21,826 bases of DNA, taken from assembly GCA_964534375.1 (NCBI GenBank), contig CAZHPN010000095.1, positions 1-21,826 on the forward strand. The letters are read 5' to 3'. The position numbers and the translations under genes were made by a program. Below the pieces are notes generated by a model that was given only the letters and a program-made list of their open reading frames with translations, made no database searches and was not told the origin of the DNA. The first letter of the stretch is position 1; every line of letters begins with the position of its first letter. Shown here one piece after another: positions 11,294-19,481 of the stretch. This DNA is from an uncultured bacterium. Lineage in GTDB: Bacteria > Lernaellota > Lernaellaia > Lernaellales > Lernaellaceae.

Positions 11294-13369
11294 AATCGGG
11301 CGCCAAGTCCAGCGTAAACGTCGGCGTTTGCGGCGTGGATGGGCGAAGGATCACGCCCCGTCTTTCCAACGCCTGGCGCAAGATCTGCAGGTCGGCGGGC
11401 TCGCCCGTGAAATCGAAACGGCGGCAACGAGTCGTCACGAAGTCGGCCCGGCCGTCATAAAAACCGCGCGCGATCTCCCGCTCGGCTTCCGCTGCCGCGA
11501 ACCCGAGCGCGCTCGCCCAGAAACGCTGGAAATCCAGGTCGACGTTCCCTTCGGAACGTCGTCCCGCGCGATAGGCGACGCCGAACAAAACGCGCCGAGT
11601 GAATTCCTCTTTCGGGATTTGTGGGAATAACGGCTGTACAACCAGCATTCGCGAGGCGATGTGTTTCTCGACCGACGGCCGGTCCGCTTCCTTCGAAGCC
11701 AGTATCTCGGCCGTCTCAAGGTTGTCTCCGCGCTCCGCAAAGGGAGCGTTCGCCAGACCCAGGCCTATTCCCGCGACCATTTCTTCCGCCGCTTCCACGG
11801 CGATCGTCGACACGGCCGCCGGGAATTCGACGGCCGCCTGCGTCTCCTCGGCGCGGTCGACGATCATCGTCCGGATCTGCTTGCCGATGTTTTCGCCAAG
11901 ACGTGCGCCGAGGCCAAACGCCACGGAGCGGCGCCGCCAAGCCGGCGATCCCGTTGGCGCCAATAGAATGTCGATCATCTGCTCGGGATCCGCTTTGCGG
12001 GCCAACGTCTCCCACGCGAAGCCCCGCCAACGCCGTGGAAACCGGTCGGCATTCGCTCGCGCCGCCGCCATCGCATCGTTCGAGTAATGCGTCTCGGGAT
12101 AATAATTATCAATGAAATACAGATAATCATCGCCGCGGAGCCGAACCAGGGCGCGCAGATCGTGCGCGATCGACGGGGTCCAGGCGATCAACGTCGCCGC
12201 GACATTGACGAACCCCGCCGCCAACAACGGCGCCGCTATGACCCATCGCTGCCACGTTTTGAAATAATCCAGGAAAATGCAAATCAGCGCCATGATCGCC
12301 GGATAAATGGGCAATAGATATCGGTAGGACAGGAAATTCGGCGGTCGTTCGATCTGGTACTGCGACGCCAGGAACGCGGCGACCCACACGCCGAAAAACA
12401 ACCCTAACGCGCCGCCCAGATATGGGTCGTTCTCATAGAGCGCCGGCAGCCATGCGGGTCGCAGCCGCTTCGTTGCGAGGCAAAACAGAGCCGTGGCGAA
12501 TAGAGCGAAAAAATAATAAGAAATCAACGGCGCGGTCGACAAAAATGAGAACGAGAGGCCGAAATGATCGATCCAGGACGCGGTCTGCAAGAACGACGCT
12601 TTCCCATATCCTGCGGATTGCGGCAAATCGACAAAGAACAGATCCCTTGCCTTCGCCGCCACCCCGTGGCCGCCGGCATGCGTCACAGCCGCCAGACTGT
12701 TCCGCAACTGGCTCAATTTGAAAGGGCACAAACCGAAGGCCACGGCGGCTGGCAGCAGAATGCGCCAGCGGTTGCGCCCGCGCCACCGCCACAGAACGAC
12801 AACAACCAGCGTCGCGACGATCGCCGTGTTCTGTGTGCAATAAAAAATCGCAAACCAGGCGATCAGGCCCGCCGCCGCCGCCGCGAGAAGGCCGGGGGGG
12901 CGGTCGCGTCGGCGAAAGAGCACAAAGAGGAGCGCGCCCGAAAACAGATAGGATTCAAAGTGATTGCCCCAGAATGCGCAATGGATGGACCACTCGAAAA
13001 ACGGGGGCGGGAAAGCATTCAGCAGGAGAAAGAGCGTTGCCGGAAAAAGGCCGGCCTCGCGGCGCAAGACAAGCGTCCAGAGAGACACGCCGCCGAAAAA
13101 AAAAGCGCGCCCAGTAGGTTCAGCCACAAATAGCGGGAACCGCCAAGAAAATAGAACGGAATGAGCAGCACGCCGTTGACCAGCCCTCCCAGGCTGGGCC
13201 CGGTGGAATAGGCGAGCAGCGGCGCGGGAGCGCGGTCAATGACGCCGGTCGCGAGCGTTCCCTTGAAGAAGATTTCACGATCGGTCGACCGATAGCAGGG
13301 AAACAACAAGGCGTAGACCAAGAAGCAAGCCGCGAAGGCCAGGGACAGCGGTGAGGGTATTTTTTTCAC
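11292..13369 (-). pseudogene. GT-C-fold (ArnT/PMT-like) multi-pass glycosyltransferase, frameshifted at a T9 run
   Basis: ORFs 13019..13369 and 11292..13127 join into one membrane protein if the A9 at 13096-13104 (T9 on the coding strand) is T10 or T7: ...NLLGALFF(F)GGVSLWTLVL.... Acidic DRE after TM1, many TM helices, YRYLLP motif before a soluble C-terminal domain. Confidence 0.72.
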
Positions 13370-13549
13370 GTGGCGATCTCGACGCTCCGACGTGCGGCGC
13401 CGCCTGCGGCCGGTGGGCGGATACCCGCACGTCTCATCATTTAACTCCTACCGCGCGAATTCGCCGACGTCAAGCTTCACGCTCGGGCCGCACTGCCCCA
13501 ACGGGTTTCTTGACCGTGATCCGGCGCGGGCAAACGCTCCTGCGACCGG

Positions 13550-13948
13550 CTACGGCGCCAGCATCGTGAACGGCGTCCATGGCAAATTGCGCGCGAGCAA
13601 AAATGCCGCGACCAGCGCGAGATAAACCCAGCCGATATACGGGCGAAGTTGCAGCCGCGGCAGGCTGGGGTCGAGCCAATCGCGATAGAACGCCCGGCCG
13701 AGCGCGATCAGCAGAAATGGCAACGTGAAAACTAGCAGCGCGTTTTCGTGCAGCGCCCGCGCCGGTCGCAGGTGCAGCAGGTCGTTCAACGCGCGCGTCG
13801 AACCGCAGCCGGGGCAATAAAGACCGGTGAGCACATGAAACGGGCAATACCCGTACCGGCCCGGAATGTGCGGATCGCGAAAAAAAAGCACGGCTGCGGC
13901 CACCGCCCCCAATGCGAGGCCGACGAGCCATTTGCGCCGAACCGCCAT
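13550..13948 (-). CDS. DUF2752 family membrane protein
   Basis: CPFHVLTGLYCPGCGSTRA signature, C-terminal hydrophobic helix ending ARNLP, 7 nt downstream of the CD225 gene. Confidence 0.9.
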   Translation of the reverse strand: MAVRRKWLVGLALGAVAAAVLFFRDPHIPGRYGYCPFHVLTGLYCPGCGSTRALNDLLHLRPARALHENALLVFTLPFLLIALGRAFYRDWLDPSLPRLQLRPYIGWVYLALVAAFLLARNLPWTPFTMLAP

Positions 13949-13955
13949 CGTGAAA

Positions 13956-14282
13956 TCACATGTGGCCGGAAGTCGCGATCATCCCGACGAACATCAGTAT
14001 CGCGAAGATGACGGAAACAACGAGCAGCGCCAGGCCGACGCCGAAGCCGATCCAGCACCATGTTTTCGCCGTGTTCGACGCCGCCAGAGCCGCGGCGTAG
14101 TCGCCCCGCGCCTTCAGGCTGTTTGCCTTGCTGGCAAACACGATGCCGACAATGCCGAGCGGCAGGCAGCAAAACAATGTGATTAAGATGGAAAACACGA
14201 GATAGTCGGCGATGGCGACGGCCGGCGGCGCCGGCGGCAACGGCGGAATGGCGCTCGGCGGCGCCTGGCGATCTTGCGTCAT
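13956..14282 (-). CDS. CD225/dispanin (IFITM-like) family protein
   Basis: Pro-rich N-terminus, DYLVFSILITLFCCLPLGIVGIVFAS, GDYAAALAASNTAKTW, second TM helix, AGGAG RBS. Confidence 0.92.
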   Translation of the reverse strand: MTQDRQAPPSAIPPLPPAPPAVAIADYLVFSILITLFCCLPLGIVGIVFASKANSLKARGDYAAALAASNTAKTWCWIGFGVGLALLVVSVIFAILMFVGMIATSGHM

Positions 14283-14389
14283 GAATTTCTCCTGTCCACA
14301 GAATAACGACGAAACGCGCGCCGGACACCTCTCACAATCAACCTACGCCCCGGTGCTTGGTCAAGTGTGCGGCGCGCAACCGCCGACCG

Positions 14390-14418
14390 AGCATAAACCG
14401 CTTCCGCCGGCGGGTCAA
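14390..14418 (-). promoter_or_regulatory. Sigma70-type promoter for CD225-DUF2752
   Basis: TTGACC (14418-14413), 17-nt spacer, TATGCT (14395-14390), about 110 nt upstream of the start. Confidence 0.6.
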
Positions 14419-14490
14419 TTTTCGCGGTCGATCCGCACACCGCAACAGGACGCCGCGAGATTCTGATATTATTTCGATCTAGCGGCGGCC

Positions 14491-14525
14491 GACCACTGAC
14501 CACCGACCACTGGCCACTGACCACT
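14491..14525 (+). repeat. Heptamer tandem repeat (GACCACT)x5
   Basis: gaccact gaccacc gaccact ggccact gaccact. Confidence 0.9.
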
Positions 14526-14596
14526 CTTGGTTGCGCTGGCGCGCCGGCGGCCGCTGCGTTAGTTTGGTCTCGCCCACAAAATTACCCGGAGGCAAG

Positions 14597-15361
14597 ATGC
14601 GTCGCTGCCTAATCTTCGCTGCGTTGCTGTTGTTGATCGCGGGTGGCTCGGCCCCGGCCGCCGAACAGGACGACGAACCCAAGGGGATCGTGAAGCCGGA
14701 AGAGAACGGCGGGCGCAACGGCGTTGACGTCGGCGTCTATCTCGACGCCGGCAAGGCCTTGCGCTTTTACGATCTCAGCCGGCTCAACCACGCGCTAGGC
14801 GTCGGCGGGGTCGATCCGCTGATCGGGATGGTCGACGATTGGAATTTCGAGTTGGCCGTGGTGATTCCGAAATCGGCGACCTTCGCACTGGCCGGCGACT
14901 TTTGGGGCGAAAGGGCCGGCGGCTCGTTGCGCACCGACCTTTCGGGCTGGGACATTCTGCTTCGTTACGGCGTCGCGACACTCCGCTCGAATCTATTTCA
15001 GCTATTTCCGTCGCTCGGCATCGGCTACGCGTCGCATTCGCTGCAAATGACGGGCGACCTGAACCGCCTCAATCTCGATCGTCTGCGCAAGCGGGAAACC
15101 GCGGATCTCCAGCAGCAGGGGATGCTGCTCGAAGCCGGCCTGCGGCTCGATTTGTTGAGCGCCTGGCCCTCAAACACCCACGGCGCGTTTCTGGCGGTCC
15201 AAAGTCTGACCGTCGGCTGGCAAGGCGTGCCGGTTTCGTCGGATTGGCTGCTCGGCACGGGCCGCGTCAGCCTGCCGCACGACCTGACGAACGCGTTGTT
15301 CGTGCGCTTCAACCTCGGCTTCGGCGCCGGCGCGCGGGAATCGACTCACGACGAGGAATAA
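14597..15361 (+). CDS. Exported protein, probable outer-membrane beta-barrel
   Basis: ATG 14597 with GGAGG RBS, signal peptide MRRCLIFAALLLLIAGGSAPAA, alternating beta-strand patterns (FPSLGIGYA, LEAGLRLD, FVRFNLGFG). Confidence 0.75.
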   Translation: MRRCLIFAALLLLIAGGSAPAAEQDDEPKGIVKPEENGGRNGVDVGVYLDAGKALRFYDLSRLNHALGVGGVDPLIGMVDDWNFELAVVIPKSATFALAGDFWGERAGGSLRTDLSGWDILLRYGVATLRSNLFQLFPSLGIGYASHSLQMTGDLNRLNLDRLRKRETADLQQQGMLLEAGLRLDLLSAWPSNTHGAFLAVQSLTVGWQGVPVSSDWLLGTGRVSLPHDLTNALFVRFNLGFGAGARESTHDEE

Positions 15362-15383
15362 CGCGGGGGAGTGAACCATTAAT

Positions 15384-15456
15384 TTCACCGCCGAGGACGC
15401 CAAGGACGCGGAGGGTTTCGGCATTTTCTTTGCGGTCTTTGCGTCTTTGCGGTGAA
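15384..15456. repeat. Imperfect palindrome built from 8-9-nt subrepeats between convergent genes
   Basis: TTCACCGC (15384-15391) pairs with GCGGTGAA (15449-15456). Left arm has repeated AGGACGC, right arm has CTTTGCG x3. Confidence 0.75.
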
Positions 15457-15499
15457 GAGAAATCGGCAACGGCATTTCGCCGTCGCGCGGACGGCGCGA

Positions 15500-16465
15500 T
15501 CACAACCCGTTTGGCGCGTCGGGATCGAGCGCGCGAATCGCGGGGCCCAACTTCGGATCGGCCATCAGGCGTTTTGCGAGGCGCCGGCCGGCGTCGGTCT
15601 CCATTTCTTTCAGAATGCGGAAATTGCGCAAAACGCGAAAATCGTCGCCAGCCTTCACGGCTTGCTCATAGACGTACGCGGCCGCCGTGTCGGTGCCGGT
15701 GTGCGCCAGGGCGCTGGATAGCGCATCTTCGCCGGCCGGATACGATTGCGCGATCGACAAGAAGAACGGCAGGTCGGCGGCGGCGAGTCGCGCGGCGTCG
15801 TCGACCGGTTCGGGAAGCTTCGGGCACGACGCGGCGGTCATCAGGTGCGTGTAATAGATCGCCGCGTCGGTGCGGTCGGTCGGCCGCCAGCCCTTCGTGC
15901 ATAGCACGTACGCCGCCCACCGGCGCGCCTTGACGAAGGGGTTGCGCAGCATTTCCGCCGTTCGCCCGACCTCCGTGCGGTTTTGCAGGTTCGCGATCAC
16001 AAAGCCGACGGACTCGAGCCGCGGATGAATTTCGTCGATCTTCGCCGCCGAGGCCGGATCGCCGGCCGCCGTGAGTTTCCCTTCCTCTTCGCCTGTGTCC
16101 CAGAACGTCGTCAGCAGCGCGTTGTAGCCGTCGTCGCCGAGGCCGCGGAAGTATTCGACGAATCCCTCCTGCGTGTCCTTGGTCTTCCACACGCCGCCGA
16201 TTTTCTCGATCATCGTCGGCATCGCCGGTTTGCCAAGCCGGCGCACGATGTCGAACGCGGCGCGGCGCTCGTTTTCGTTCTCGGACGCGAGCAGCGGCGC
16301 GATCTTCGGCAGCAACGGCGCACCGTCCTTGCCCAGCCGGACGATCGCCGCGTGCCGCAATTTTTCGTCGGCGCCGCCGAGCGCCGGCAGCGACTGCTCG
16401 ATGGGCTTGGCGCACGCCGCGCACAAGGCGGCCAATAAAATCGTCAGGATCAGGGCGCGTTTCAT
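15500..16465 (-). CDS. Putative lipoprotein with HEAT-like helical repeats
   Basis: Start MKRALILTILLAALCAAC (lipobox-like Cys). HEAT-like helices LRHAAIVRLGK, ERRAAFDIVRRLG, ARRWAAYVL. Confidence 0.78.
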   Translation of the reverse strand: MKRALILTILLAALCAACAKPIEQSLPALGGADEKLRHAAIVRLGKDGAPLLPKIAPLLASENENERRAAFDIVRRLGKPAMPTMIEKIGGVWKTKDTQEGFVEYFRGLGDDGYNALLTTFWDTGEEEGKLTAAGDPASAAKIDEIHPRLESVGFVIANLQNRTEVGRTAEMLRNPFVKARRWAAYVLCTKGWRPTDRTDAAIYYTHLMTAASCPKLPEPVDDAARLAAADLPFFLSIAQSYPAGEDALSSALAHTGTDTAAAYVYEQAVKAGDDFRVLRNFRILKEMETDAGRRLAKRLMADPKLGPAIRALDPDAPNGL

Positions 16466-16472
16466 GGCGCGC

Positions 16473-16501
16473 ATCCTAACAACGCGCCGCCGTAGCGACA
16501 A
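16473..16501 (-). promoter_or_regulatory. Sigma70-type promoter, likely leaderless transcript
   Basis: TTGTCG (16501-16496), 17-nt spacer ending TGT, TAGGAT (16478-16473), then 7 nt to ATG 16465. No Shine-Dalgarno. Confidence 0.55.
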
Positions 16502-16552
16502 GCGCCGGTTCGGCGTGTGCCGGGCGCGACCGCCGCCCGTTTCCGCGCATCT

Positions 16553-16600
16553 CACGCTCTCAGTCTGTCAGCCTCTCAGCCTCCCAGCCTCGCAGCCTGT
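16553..16600 (+). repeat. Octamer tandem repeat (CAGCCTNN)x6
   Basis: cacgctct cagtctgt cagcctct cagcctcc cagcctcg cagcctgt, located between two divergent promoters. Confidence 0.85.
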
Positions 16601-16617
16601 CCCACCCTCCCGCCGCG

Positions 16618-16646
16618 TTGGTGGCCCGGCGGGCGTGTGGTATAGT
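16618..16646 (+). promoter_or_regulatory. Sigma70-type extended -10 promoter
   Basis: TTGGTG (16618-16623), 17-nt spacer ending TGG, TATAGT (16641-16646). Confidence 0.6.
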
Positions 16647-16717
16647 CCGCGGCAGACGACCGGCGCGGCGACGAGCCCGCCGGTTTGCGCATCGGGAAGG
16701 GCGCGAAAGGGAGACGC

Positions 16718-19246
16718 TTGAAGAAAACAGCCCATCTCATATGGCTGATTCCGCTGCTCGTTTTGCTGATGGCCGCGAGGCAACTCGCCGCGGCCAAATA
16801 CCCCGCGGGCGCCGAGAGTTTTGTGCACGTGCCGACGGCGACCGGCGCTTATTATATGTTTCACTATTTGCCGGACGACGCGGCCATCTTCTTGCGGACC
16901 TTGCCCTTCGAACGGCCGCCGCTCGTTTATCTGACGACGGCGGCGCTGTTGTCGCGGCTGCACACGGTTTGGGCGTATCACCTGACGATTCTCGGCTTCG
17001 CGGCGTTGTTCGCGGCGTTTTATCTGCTGGCGGCGCGGCGGCTGACCAGACGGACGGACCTGGCGGCGGTCGGCCTGCTGGCGGTGTTCGCCAATCCGGA
17101 ATGGATCGCCGCCGCCGCGTCGTACAACCTCGCCATGGCCGGCCTGGCGGCGACGGTCGTGCCGCTCTGGGTGTTGCTCTCGCGCCGCGAGTCGTTGAAA
17201 ACCGGGCAAAGCCTGCTCTTCGGCCTGCTCGCCGGGGCGCTGGCCCTGGCCGAACCGACCGCGGTTCTTGTCTGGGCGCCCGCCGCCGCGGCCGTTGTGG
17301 TTTTTCATCTGGTCGGGCTCCGCGGCCGCGCGGCGCTCCGGACGCTATTGTTCTGCGCGGCGGCCAGCGGCGTGATGCTTTGGTGGTACGGGCCGCAAGT
17401 TCCGGCGGGCGAGCACTGGTGGGGTTTTCTGGCGAAAGGCGACGGCCCGGGCGGCTCGTGGCATTTTCCGTTGCGCGCGGCGCTGCTCCGCTACGGCGGT
17501 TTGCCGCTCCTGGCGGGCTTCGCGGCGGCGGCAGTCCGCGCGCGGTGGCGGGAGATTCCGTTCCGCGCCTGGCTGCCGCTGATCGGCGCGGCGGCCGCGC
17601 TGGCCGTCTTCGCGGCCGCGCACGCCAAGGGAACGGCGGTTTCCCTGGGCGCGTACGCCGTGTTGACCTTGTTCGCTCTGGCGGTGTTCGATATCTGGCA
17701 GGGCAAGGCGCGCGACATCGTCGTCTACAGTCTGCTCGGCCTGTACGGCGTGTTGGCCTTCGCGACGTGGTTCCCCGCGCTGACGCTGCCCGTGGAAATC
17801 GCCTCGTTCGGCTCGGCCAAACCGCCGGAAGTCGTCAACACGAAGCCTTATTTCTGGGACGAAAAAGTCGCCGACGCCATCAACAGCGCGATCGACGGCC
17901 GCGAACGGTGCCCGGCGATGGTGATCGACGCCGACTCCGATATCAATTATGGCAACGTCGAAGCGCGCCTGATGCTGGCCAAGCCGTTCCTCGCGCTGAT
18001 GTTGCCGCTGCGGCAGCCCGTGCAGATCGCGCTGCGCCTGCTCAACGACGCCTGTTTTCTGCTGGCGATGCAGAAAAAGGTCTCGATCAGCCTCGCGGTT
18101 CCCGAGCCTTCGGTCGAACCGGACGCGCAGACCGTGGAAGCCTCGGTCGCGAACGTGATGAATCTGGTCGAAAGCAAGAACCAATGGATAGAGATCGCGC
18201 GCGTGCCAATCAAGGACCGGGTGCTGGCGATTTACAAAAACAACGAACGCACCGCGAAAAGCATCGGCCGCGGCACGCCCGACAGTTTCTTCGACTATTA
18301 TCTGCTCAACTACACGACCGACAATTTGCGCGCCTTCTCGCGCCACTCGCGCCGCTTGCTGCGCATCGCCCGGTACGGCGACGCGTTCGACCATTTTCAA
18401 ATGGCCCTCGAGAAGCAGCCGGGGAACGTCGCCGCGTACGAGGGCCTGCTCGACGCCGCGGCGCGCATGATGGGTCCGGCGAAGGAAGCGCCGTTCCTCG
18501 CCGGCGTCGTCGTCCAGCATCCGCCGGCGTCGATCTTGCTCCGCGTTGTCCGGCGGCTGCACGAGTTGGAGACGTCGAAGGGCGGCGGCGGGCAATTCGA
18601 ACGTTGGGCGATTTGGGTGCTGGATAATCTCGCGCCGGGCGAGGCGGGCCGCGGCGGGGTCGTCGCCGAATTGCTCAAGTTCTATTTGACGGCGAACGAC
18701 GTGCCGCGGGCGACGAACCTGGTCGATCGGGAAATTCCGCAAATACCGGACGCCGAGTTGACGGCGACGCTCTGGAATCTGGCCGAAATCGCCTATTTTA
18801 GAAGGCAGAACGCCCTGGCTGGCTGGCTCTACGGGCAATTGCAAACGCGGCCCAATCTAACCGTGCGCCAACGCTCGCTGACGGCGATTCGGCTCGGCTG
18901 GGTTCGCGGCGAACGGCCGCCGACGACGATCGGCGTCGACAAGATCGCCTCGCCCGACGAGGCGCGCGACGCAACGAAGTACCTCGTGAACGAAAGTCAT
19001 CGCCTGCGGCTGGCGGGCAAATCCGGCGACGCGTTGCTCATGCTCGGGGACAGCGAACGCTGGCTGGAAGGTTGCGGCGTCTGCCTCGATGAAGTCGCGC
19101 TGGAGAAAGCGCGGGATTATCTGGCCTTCGGCGACAGCGACGGCGCGCGCCGGCAACTGCGGGAGGTCCGCGTCGATCCGGATTTGCGCCAAATCGCGCG
19201 GGAGTTGCTCGCGGCGCACAAAACGCCGTCGCGCCAAAATTTCTGA
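16718..19246 (+). CDS. Large membrane protein: GT-C-like N-terminal TM domain plus TPR-like C-terminus
   Basis: Likely TTG start 16718 after GGGAGA. About 10-11 TM helices with DD and RPPL in the first loop (ArnT/GT39-like). C-terminal helical repeats (YGDAFDHFQMALEKQPGNVAAY, LEKARDYLAFGDSDGARRQL). Confidence 0.7.
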   Translation: MKKTAHLIWLIPLLVLLMAARQLAAAKYPAGAESFVHVPTATGAYYMFHYLPDDAAIFLRTLPFERPPLVYLTTAALLSRLHTVWAYHLTILGFAALFAAFYLLAARRLTRRTDLAAVGLLAVFANPEWIAAAASYNLAMAGLAATVVPLWVLLSRRESLKTGQSLLFGLLAGALALAEPTAVLVWAPAAAAVVVFHLVGLRGRAALRTLLFCAAASGVMLWWYGPQVPAGEHWWGFLAKGDGPGGSWHFPLRAALLRYGGLPLLAGFAAAAVRARWREIPFRAWLPLIGAAAALAVFAAAHAKGTAVSLGAYAVLTLFALAVFDIWQGKARDIVVYSLLGLYGVLAFATWFPALTLPVEIASFGSAKPPEVVNTKPYFWDEKVADAINSAIDGRERCPAMVIDADSDINYGNVEARLMLAKPFLALMLPLRQPVQIALRLLNDACFLLAMQKKVSISLAVPEPSVEPDAQTVEASVANVMNLVESKNQWIEIARVPIKDRVLAIYKNNERTAKSIGRGTPDSFFDYYLLNYTTDNLRAFSRHSRRLLRIARYGDAFDHFQMALEKQPGNVAAYEGLLDAAARMMGPAKEAPFLAGVVVQHPPASILLRVVRRLHELETSKGGGGQFERWAIWVLDNLAPGEAGRGGVVAELLKFYLTANDVPRATNLVDREIPQIPDAELTATLWNLAEIAYFRRQNALAGWLYGQLQTRPNLTVRQRSLTAIRLGWVRGERPPTTIGVDKIASPDEARDATKYLVNESHRLRLAGKSGDALLMLGDSERWLEGCGVCLDEVALEKARDYLAFGDSDGARRQLREVRVDPDLRQIARELLAAHKTPSRQNF

Positions 19247-19248
19247 AA

Positions 19249-19269
19249 GCGGAATGCGGAATGCGGAGT
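19249..19269 (+). repeat. Heptamer tandem repeat (GCGGAAT)x3
   Basis: gcggaat gcggaat gcggagt, starting 2 nt after the stop at 19246. Confidence 0.75.
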
Positions 19270-19334
19270 GAACGCGCGCAGACCGTGTGTTCGGCTTAGC
19301 CGAGCCGGGCGACGGACGGGTGCGGCGTCGACGA

Positions 19335-19379
19335 TCTCATAGATCCCATAAGTCCCATAACTCCCTTGAGTCCTATGAT
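19335..19379 (+). repeat. Nonamer tandem repeat (TCCCATAAG-like)x5
   Basis: tctcataga tcccataag tcccataac tcccttgag tcctatgat. Confidence 0.85.
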
Positions 19380-19422
19380 TCCCCTTCTTCCCAGGCGAAA
19401 TTGGGCGCGGCCGGAGCGGCCC

Positions 19423-19460
19423 GAAATTCTTCGCACAAGAACAAGATCGGGAACAGGTAG
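19423..19460 (+). repeat. Dispersed AT-rich repeat, partial copy
   Basis: GAAATTCTTCGCACAAGAACAAGA...GGAACAGGTAG resembles positions 6-44, with a 16/18 core match. Confidence 0.45.
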
Positions 19461-19481
19461 GCGCCGCGTTCGCCGTGGCCG

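Noticed and set aside
13880..13887. A8 run in the DUF2752 gene as a second phase-variable tract
   Set aside because: The gene is in frame and the run simply encodes Leu-Phe-Phe. There is no evidence of switching.
16618..18844. 669-aa alternative-frame ORF and 499-aa antisense ORF
   Set aside because: The first is Arg/Gly/Ala-rich off-frame translation and the second an antisense shadow. Both overlap the better-supported membrane protein.
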